The position numbers and the translations under genes were made by a program. A stretch of DNA of 64,000 nt from Raillietiella orientalis (Eukaryota): NCBI GenBank assembly GCA_036172245.1, contig JAYWIR010000062.1:496001-560000 (forward strand), given 5' to 3'. Below, piece after piece: positions 50,985 to 60,330 of the stretch. The notes under the pieces were generated by a model. That model made no database searches and was not told the DNA's origin. It saw only the letters and a program-made list of their open reading frames with translations. Numbering within the stretch: the stretch's first letter is position 1; every line of letters starts with the position of its first letter.

Positions 50985-53376
50985 TCTTGACTTGAAGGAC
51001 GCAAGTGTTTGCCGTGGGAAGGCACGGGACTTTGCGCAGTATGGTCGAATTAAGCCGCAAGGTCCTTGGTCTTCTCAACCTTCATCGTTGTTGGTATTTT
51101 GTCTTTTTTTCCCCTCAAAAATGATGCTCTTCTCAGACTCTTTTCAGCTAGGTGGATCACGGATGGTGGTTTTTGCTTCTGCACGCATCAACCCGCTGTC
51201 AGCTACTGTCACAGATTCTGAGAAGCGCCCACTGGCAAGGGGATCGTTTTCACTGTGCCGTCGTACCATCCGCTGGTGGTTAAAGCACTGCGAATAAGCT
51301 TCCTCTCTCACGCACGGAACGGTGACGTCAGGCAAAGTCCATCGTTGTATAATGTGCTTCTTTCACTTCCTGTAGGAATTCCTCTTGTCTTTTCTGGCCC
51401 GTGTGCCCTCTACTGTAATTCAGTTCGCTGGATATGCCGATCGTCTTTTCTATACTTTTGATTTCAACAGCGGACGAGGGTCTTTGAAATACAAAACTGC
51501 GGTCAACAAGGTAATGTGACGACAAAGAGATTCCCTCCTTCGTCTCAAAATCTGCTTCTCTCGAGACAGTTTGTGCCGTTCCAGTTCTTCAGCTTGAACG
51601 GCAGTTCATTCGGCAAGAGAATCCGTGCTTGTGACAGATCCGTGCATTTTTTTTCTTTGGATATTGACAGAATCGTGACATCGCCGGCTTCTCTGACTTT
51701 ACATCCGTGAGGCTACCCTCTTCCACCAACTCCCATCATCGCGTGAATTGCCAACCCTTCCTCCAAACGCCGATCCCAGGTTTCGCGCTGGTCCCCGTGT
51801 AGGGCGACCCTATCCGCCTCTCTTCCGGTCTTTGTTTTTTGTTTTTGGTGGAGGGAAGTCATGCTCGTGGCAGCAGCGTTCTCGTCGAAGAGTGTGATGC
51901 CGCTCGGAAAACGCTGCATCTGCTCCTCCTTCAAGATGGCAACCCAGACCTCGCATCTGACGCCTTCGTTTCCTGGTTCTTCCAAACTCTGCCTTCGCGC
52001 GTACTCCCCGGAGCGTTCGACCCCTGGCGGCAACGCCAGAGACGTTTTCAAGCGCCTCTTCGTGCGTGACGCCATGAAGGCCGCATCCCTAGCAGCACTC
52101 TGCTGCCCACGCATAGGGACCGTGGCCGCATGGAGCAACGCCAGAGGAGACCGGAACGACAGGGGTGCCATCTATTTTGCTGTCCTCTTCATGAGGATAG
52201 AGTCAGGATGACCCCATGTGGGAGTCTTGAAACAGGAACTTGCGGACATCCTTACAAGGATGCAGAGAACACCCTCGAGCACACCGTGACCCCTTCCCGA
52301 CGGCCCCCCCCCCCATTTTTTGACAGTATGTTTTTTGTTTCATTTTTTTTTTCTTTTCGTTTGTTTCCCCTTCTCCTGTGCTGCCGAGGCGAACCCCATT
52401 GGCCTGCGTGCCAGTTCCCGGCAGGTTCCTTCTCGTAGCTATAAGTAACGTGGCAGGATCAAACGTCCTGCCACAGACATATACGTTTATTTTATAAATA
52501 AACGCCCCGGCGTGACCGGATGTCAACCGGAGAGTTCGCGGCTCACGGTTTTGGATTTCGGCGTTTGCAAACCCGCGTGGTCCCCAACATCATAAGAGAT
52601 GAAGTGGAGGGCTCTTCCGTATCTCCATATCTGTCATCGCTGGCATCATCCTTTAATTTCTCGTAGGTGAGGTGCTCTCGTCATTTTGCTCGTTTGTTTT
52701 ATCATGCTTCCTTATGGCGTCGCCTGGAGAATGGCCGAGACGGTGCGTCCAATAGACATCCTTACTATATTGTATGCAGGAAGCTACAATCAAGTGCCTC
52801 ATCTTCTCCGCATACAATCTCGGGATTCCGATCTCGCGGAGAACTGCATTATTCCGTTGGTTCCAAGTTCCTAAGGAGTTGGTGGCTCTAAATTCAGCCG
52901 GAGATCCCGTTTTCTGGAGTTGCAAGGCTATTTCTTGATAATTTCCTTCTTTCTCATCCCTGGTGATACTGAAGGCTTCTTCCGGATTCTCAAAGGGACA
53001 TGAGCACCAAGAACGTAAGTCCTCCTTTCTTTTTACAGAATCAGATCTGGTTTCAGGCTGGGGTTGCTCCCCAGGAACGGTCCTGTTTGCCGGCAATACC
53101 TACCATCCTGAGGCATCTTCTGCTGCTGCCAATATTCAAGCCGCAATGGCATCGTGCCTCGCCGTGTAGAGAGGAAAGTGCTTTATACGGTGATTCAAAA
53201 TAGGAGGCAGGCAGTCTCGTCCCAAGTTGCGCACCCGCTGCACGATCGTTCTGTTTGGGGTCTTCTCATTACACCCCTGATTAGCAGCAGGCGAAGTGTG
53301 GGGCCGCATGGGTGAAGCGGTAGTCGGCATCTTGACTTGAAGGACGCAAGTGTTTGCCGTGGGAAGGCACGGGACT
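50985..53376. mobile_element. Segment bounded by exact 47-bp direct repeats and containing decayed tyrosine recombinase-like frame(s)
   Basis: tcttgacttgaaggacgcaagtgtttgccgtgggaaggcacgggact at 50985-51031 and 53330-53376. Minus frame 53393-52653 (2 stops) has LYTARH, GW*VLPANRT, KMRHLIVAS and RLGHSPGDAIRKH. Confidence 0.5.
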
Positions 53377-54129
53377 GTGAGTGAGGACGTCACTGGAGGA
53401 TCAATGCGATACCACGCATCGCATGGCCTTTCCTTGATCTGGATGCTGCTTGTCTATCAATTCTAGCCATGCTTCTTCTCTCTGGCCACTCCACACCGAC
53501 GCCGCCGTGTCCTGAACATCGTTCCACTTCGATCCTGGTCAAAAGGCCGAGACGGCATTCCAGCTTCCCAAGGTTTCGTCTTCTGCACCCACCGCTGCTG
53601 GGACTTGCGCCTTTTCCTCAGTGAAAGCCGACGCGAACGTCGCAGCTCCTTCCTCTCATGCTCCCGGTTTCAGTTCGGCTCTCCGGAGGGAAGTTTCATC
53701 CCTTTGAACACGCCGATTTCCCCACCCGAAGGTTTCCTCATCGCTGCAACAGCCCGATAATCGCGACGGCAGTTGCACAGGCACGGTGCAGGCTCGACGG
53801 AGACAAACGCCGGAGGGATGGATGATGTGGAACTCGGATGAAACTGGCTGTTGCAATTATTTTAGGATCCACGGGGAACGCCTGCTCCGAGGACTACGCA
53901 ACGTGGGACAGGACCACTGGCATCCCGAACTCTCATATTACCTTCGGAACGAAAACATCGCAGAAGTTTCGAGGCCGCCCCTCGACGAGAGGTTTTTGCG
54001 GATGCTGTACTTTGAGAACAAGTATTTCGAAATCCGAGTCCATTGAATGGATGCCAGAGCAACGGAAAATCAGATCATCTTCCTCTCTCTCTCTCTCTCC
54101 TTTCCATTTTATGCAAAATTAGTTTGTCG

Positions 54130-55080
54130 GCGATGGCCCTTCCGGGCGTAAAGCTTGGTGGGTATCCTGAAAAGTGGGGTCTGCTTCTGGAGCGCACCTC
54201 CCCGCGATGAGGTCGCCGCCAAGGCGGTTGTGGGTCGTGCGTAGCAAAGTCTTTGGTTCCTTCCTCTGCCGTTCGCCGACCTCCTCAAAAGGCGAGCCCA
54301 AGAAGTGGTGCGCGTCCTGATGAAAACGGTGGGGAAGAAGGAAGGTCGCGTGGCCAGTCTGCTCTAACGATACCCTTCGACATCCCCTGCTCCTTTCGAG
54401 AGGGGGAAAGGAGAAAACGAAGAAAGAGAACATTCTGGCAAAGACTCACTGCTACTCTCTTTCCCTCTCTCGGACCTCGTGCCGCCCTGCGAACGGCAGT
54501 GCCTGGTCACAAGAAACCGTTTGCACGTGGGCGAGGAAGCAGGAGCCGAGCGCGGAACAGACACAGCGTTTGTTGTGTCTGTTCTTATAACTGCTCGCTC
54601 CGGGAGATCCTGGAAAATCCCGTGAAGAGCGCGCGGGTAGGAAGAACCTCCCTTGCCGCCGCTCTGCCCTTCCTTAGGGAACACATGGACAGCAGCCGTA
54701 CGGCTAGATGGGAGGTTACTGTGGAAATCTCCAGAAGGAGGAAAGGATTGGGCGAGTGGACGACGGGCCAGCTTACGGGAGCCGCGATCCCCAGTGGCCC
54801 ACCACGAGGACTTTTTCTCTGGGTCGAGCTGCTGGATATTCCGAAGGTAGACCTGATGTGGCCCCCGGTGCTCATGAACACCCACAATCTCCCTTTAAAG
54901 TGGTAGGAGTCGGCGTTCATGCTGCTGCATTGGGGTCTCCCTCCGTGCAACGCCCGTCGGCATCATTGGACACGGGGGGGAGGGGTGGACCCAAGCTGTG
55001 CAAGGTGCGAGGAGCGGGAATCTCTCTCCCACACCTAGTTGACTGTGTTATCCTCCGGCCCCTTGGGGACGCTTTGCCCC
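54130..55080 (-). pseudogene. Decayed parvovirus-like endogenous element: NS1 helicase followed by VP1 PLA2
   Basis: KKSSWWATGDRGSRKLARRPLAQSFPPSG ~ AAV [60 protein letters not shown] ~ GKMTAKVVESAKAILGG; AVIRTDTTN; then HHFLGSPF...THNRL...LIAG...EADPTFQD ~ YKYLGPF...EHDKA...LDSG...HADAEFQE. Confidence 0.72.
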
Positions 55081-58000
55081 TCCGGAGATAATCAGGGCGA
55101 GGGTTTCCTCCGGGGTTCCCTACCAAGCGTAGGAGGAACACGCTCTTCCCTCTGGAGTCCTTCTTGGATTCGCAGGGTGTTCCCCTACCGGGGAGTCCCC
55201 TGACTGGAAGGGTTGTGCGTACCCTCTGGTGGACTGGACAGTGCTAAGGGAGGGATTCGTGAGCCCTCGCAAGGAGGCGGACGGGTTTCGGCGCTCCTTG
55301 AGAACCCCAAAAAAGGGGGAACCCGAAGAAGAAAGGAAGCTGGTAGGAAGCAGCAAAAGCGGAACAACCTCGGAGGACTTCCGCGTTCCTTGCACGTGAC
55401 GCGGCAGGTGGCGGCCTCCTGCATGAGGGGGGCGGCTGCGCGGTGGCCCCGCCTGCGGACCGGAAGTCGGGCGGCCCCTGCGCCCGGCGCCGGTGCTGGG
55501 CTAATGAAGGCAGCTGCTGCTGGGTACCTCACTCCCTCTTGTGGAATCCTTCTTTGGACCCTCCTTCCCCCATCTCGTGCTTTCCGGCCTTTGAGAGCGG
55601 CCATCTTCTTGGTCTGCTTCCCGCTTTCCTTCGGGAGCCACGCGCAGACTTGCTGGTCACTCCGGGGCTCGAGTCCGGGAGTAGGGTCTCATGCTCAGAC
55701 CCTACGCTAGGGAGAGAAGAGACACGACGGTCCGGAGATGGGGAAGAAGCAGCAAGGGCTGACTGCAGACTCCAGAAAGTCCACCCCGGGGGGGGAGGAG
55801 CGGCGCCACAGGGGAGCCACCGTGCTTGGCAGCGCGCCGAATGAGTTCGCAGCCAGCTCCGAAGGAACAATGGGGTCGGCCGCTGGTCCCCAGGAGCCCG
55901 GGGCGAGCGACGGCCGAGTGCTTCTGGAGTTCCTGGAGAAAGGGGGAAGGAGGTCGGTGAGAGGGTCACCGCACACGGCTGCTCTTCCAAAGATAAGGGG
56001 TACAGGGGGGTCTCCGTCCCGTCGCGGCTTCCCCCTTGAAGCGACGAGGCGGCGCCACTTAAGGAGCACCTTTTAGAGGATGCAGAGGGTCCACCTGCGA
56101 CCCTTTCCCCCCATCCACCCCACACCGCCCTACCCCCAATTTTGTTTTCCACCTTTTTTTTACCTCCTAGCCATTGCGCTGAGCAGTCTGGCAGATCAGA
56201 GAAACGCCTCCGGGACTCCTACGGTTTTAGTAGGATCCAGAATCCCGTTCCTCCTGGATGTGTTCCTCCCCCTCCTCCTCTTCTTTTGAGGGGGGGAATG
56301 GAATTCTTGACTTGTTGTTGCTGTTGCTGTCGTTGTTGTGGCAGCGGTAGCCTCGGCGTCGCCGGCCAGAAGAAGAAGGAAGTGACGCGCGCGCCAGCAT
56401 GGGACCCCATCCGCGCAGCATTCGACACCTACGTTCCTTGAGAGGGCGGCGCCCCCTCGGAGCCGGCGCGTAGACGGTGGGGGGCCGCACAGGGTCCGGT
56501 GACCACCTGAAATCCCGAAAGATTCCCAAAGACAAGAAACGCGTGTACTGAGTACACGCATCCATAGGAAGATGACCGTACGGGTCGATATGTATCGTAG
56601 AGGTCATCCAAAAAATAGATAGATATATGCTTATTTATATGCATCCATATTTATAGATAATATAAATACAGGCGTGCACATATCAATATGTGTATAAATA
56701 TATATATATGTCTCAATTTACATAATAAGCATATACAAATCTCCATATAAGTACGTATATCAATGCAGACAATAAGCATAGTGTATTCATTTTTTATAAT
56801 CTTTATTATGCGTATCAACAAGATAATGAACAACTTATTACTTATATCAATGGAATGTATGTCGGCGAATCCTAATGAACACATCCAATGCTACTACTGT
56901 TAATAATAATCCGTATGCTAATAAACACGAATAACTGCGCGTGCCAACGCAGAAGAAGACGCGCGTCCATCTTTCGCGATTGTTGTGGACTTGGGGCGGC
57001 AGCGGAGCAGGGCTGCCAGCACCAGTCAGCGACTCGAACCGGCCCCCCCGTCCGGTAGTCGCTTGCAGAGGCCCTTTTCACGGGGAAAAGGAGCGGATAC
57101 GTATGTGTGTGTATATATTAATGTACTCAGTAAGCACAAATGTGCGTGTTGATTTTTCGCGATCGTTCGGGATTTTCCACCAGAACCCCACAGAACAGAA
57201 CCCCAACAGGGAAACCCTGCAAGAGTGGGTCCTCTCCTTACTAGGTCACGAAGGTCTCCTTTACGCTGTCATTGCAGAGGCCCTTACTGAGAAGGCCGCC
57301 CCCGGTCCCCCATCCAGCAGCACGGGGGAATAACGCACGTGCGGCCTGCAAAAGCGGTTGACGCGTCGACCTCACGCACGCGCTTTCTTGTTGCCCCATG
57401 CAACTACCTGGTTGCGGATCCATAGAGTCGACCCCTGTTCCAAGTGGGAAGGGAAAAGGGGAGGAGTGAGAGGAAAGAAAGAGAAAAGAGGAGGAGGAGG
57501 AAGGGAGTAAGCAAAGAACATGATGAGGAGGGAGGAAGACTGGAAGAGGAGGCGGAACAGGAAGGGACACCTGCCGGGCGGGCACAGCGGCAGCGGCAGG
57601 ATCGAGTGCCAGGCCACGATCCGACCGCGTCCACCGACTAGGATGGGACCCGTGTGACCCACATGGGATGCGCACCTTGGCCGGGGGTGGAAAGCGAGGA
57701 GCGCCCGAAGGTGAAGACGGGGGAACAGAAGACCCCAAAACAGCCTCCTCCCAGCGGAAGGAGGTGGCGCGACAGAGGGAGGAGGGAGGGAGGGAACCGA
57801 AGAGGAGGCCCTGAGGAGTTGGGCACCTGGGGAGGTCTGGGGCTGGGACGCTGCTTCGAAATCGAACTGCCTCCGCGAGGCGTCCCGGAGACAGGAGGAG
57901 GCTGCTGCATTCGGAGAGTGTGCTCGGGAGACGCGGATTCGGATCGACCGGCGAAGGGCCGCGAGGCAAGTCACGGAGCCGAAGGCATCAGGTCCGCGAC

Positions 58001-58489
58001 GCGGGAGAGGGCTCCTCCCCACCCGAGGAGGAGTTGCACGAGCGAACCTCCGTCCCTGGGAGGTATCGACGCGGGACCGAGGGAACGCCCATCCGGGCCA
58101 CCCGATCGATCGCGCGCTGCCGCAGGACGGTCGAGGTGGAGCTCAGCCGCAGCGCCTTCGCCGTGGCTGGAAGTCGGTGGACTGGGAGGCAGCAGCGGCA
58201 CTGGATGGCACCTGTAAAGCATGCCTCAGGTTCAGGGAAGAGCTGCTGTGATAGGAGCATCATATGACTTCGCCCCACACCCCACGCGTTGGCGAGGATT
58301 TCGCAAGACATCCAGACCTATGACACTCCAGTGAGCAGCACACCCCTGTGCCCTCTTGGGAAGCCCACGGGAAGTTGGGAATAAAGGTCATGGTGGCGGA
58401 GGGTGAGGGTGAGGAAGAGGAGGACGGGTCCGTGAATCCCTTGCTCCTCTCGGTGGAGCTCCGTGCCGAGTTTGTGTACTCTTCATGCG

Positions 58490-58640
58490 GAGGGGGAAGA
58501 GGAGGAGGAGGAGAAGGAAAAGGAAGGGAGGAAGAGGAGAAAGGGAAGATGAAGGAGGGAAGAGGAAGGAAGGAGAAGGAAAGAACAGGATGAAGAGGTA
58601 GTAAGGAGGAGGAAGGGAGGGAAGAAGAGAAGAGAAGACT
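58490..58640 (+). repeat. Polypurine (GGA/GAA-type) low-complexity tract
   Basis: ~150 nt made almost entirely of G and A; similar tracts at 33960-34040, 57445-57560 and 60785-60850. Confidence 0.85.
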
Positions 58641-59899
58641 GGCGGAACGACGCCTCTGACGCTTTCGTTGCCCGGATGCCTCCGTCTCCAGCAGCCCGTC
58701 CAAGAGGTGGGGAATCTTCCCGGAACGTCCCCTCGGATCGCCGCGAGGGGTCACGGCGAAGAGCTCTTCATGCCTCCAGGTGGCGCGCCTGTCCTTGCGG
58801 CGAACGCTCGGAGGGGGGCGCGGGCGCCTCGTGTGCGCATCGGGAACTTCGCCAGAAGACCTTCGACCTCCGAAAATTGCGATCTCGGGATTTTCCGGGG
58901 CAGAGCTGCTGCCACGGAAAGTCGAAAGGGGGGGAGGGGAGAGGAGGGCTGCGTCTTCGGACGCTCTCGGAAGACGCGCTTCACCGGGCTATGGAGCCGA
59001 GACCGTTTGGTGGCTGGAAGGAGTCGGGGAATCTCTTCGCGAGGCAGAGGCGGCCGTAACCATGACGATTCGTGTGCACGCGAGAGTGCGAGATGGAGTT
59101 TACGGCTTTCCTTTATATCGGGACGCCAGCATCTTCGGACGGGCATCGAACAGCGACCGAAGGTCATGGCCTCGTTGCTTGCGCGCACTTAGGAGCCGCA
59201 CGCTCGGAGAAGGATGACGTCAGGGGCAGGGAGGGGGGAAGAGGTGCCTCTGGAAAAGGCTTGGCTTCCGCTTTTCCGCCAGGAGCATGCACCGCCCCTT
59301 CGCTGACAAGGCTGAGCACAACGCCCGCCCATCACGCCGACCATTCCGCCCGCGGCCGCAACAGCCGACCTTCTCTGGGGCTGCCTCCGAGAGTCCGACT
59401 CGTCTTTCGGAGAAGGTGAGGAAGAGCTGGCGGGAGGAAAGCTTCGGACGACGCAGGACGGTTACCCTCGCGCGCGAACTCAGGGACTCCCGACGGTAAG
59501 GGAAAGATCATCTTCCATCAAAGATGAAGGACATTGAGGTCACGTGGGGGGACTCTTTCCCTGAAAGCCAGGATGATTTCCCCTCTTGGGGAGCCTGCAA
59601 AAGCTGGCATGTGAGCGAGCCCACGCGTTAGATGTTTGGGGTTCTTGGGAAGCAGCAGCAGCAACACGCGCGCCTTTCTGTCTCTGTTTGATCTGCGTGG
59701 GTGATTCGTTCTCCCTGGAGGTTCGCTGAAGCCCATGACTTGGGCCTGGCCCATGCAGGAGACCCCTTGACCTTCTCCACGGAGTTGTTTCATGTCGGAC
59801 GCCCAGGTGGTCCCGGAAACAGGTGACCATCGTCGGTTCAAGAGATGCCAGAGCCCTGCCCTCCCCCCCAGGGAAGACTCAGAGCCAGAGGACCGCGGG

Positions 59900-60330
59900 G
59901 TCGGCGAGGGAGAAAGTCTCGTGGTCACTACTGCGGGTCTGCGGCAAAGGACAGCCTCACGGGAACCGATCACGGAGACCAGGGTCAGGTCAGATCTCTA
60001 TTTCCTGAGGATTCAATCCTGGGCTCCCGAACCCGAGAGCCAGCGGAAGGGGTCCTGGATCGCTGGGGTGCCCTACGGGACGTGAAAGAGGTCAGGGCGT
60101 CTTTCCCGTGAGCGCCACCTCAATGAAAACGGTCGTATACTGGGAAGAGTGCGTCCTGCCATTTGCCTCCGCATCCAGAGACCACAGCAAGCAGTCTCGC
60201 GGACCAGGGGCCGTGGACTCAAGCAAGGCACGCGTAGGAACCAAGTGCAACTTCCTCTGTGCTGACCTCGGAGCCCCAGACAACGGGGTTAGCGCTTGGA
60301 GCTCGGCGCCAGGCATCGTCGGTTGCGCTC
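59900..60330 (+). pseudogene. Parvovirus NS1/Rep SF3-helicase relic
   Basis: GVPYGT*..GVFPVSATSMKTVVYWEECVL...SKARVGTKC ~ TVPFYGCVN..NFPFNDCVDKMVIWWEEG/C...SKVRVDQKC; upstream GQVRSLF..GSRT..AEGV is a degenerate Walker A. Confidence 0.72.

Noticed and set aside
54880..54910. TTLKGDCG as a picorna-like 3C protease motif
   Set aside because: Flanked by stops and overlaps the better-supported NS1 frames.
59518..59973. WSPVSGTT / HMPAFAG resembling phlebovirus nucleocapsid
   Set aside because: The motifs are ~60 aa apart instead of adjacent, and the opposite strand is better explained as parvoviral NS1.
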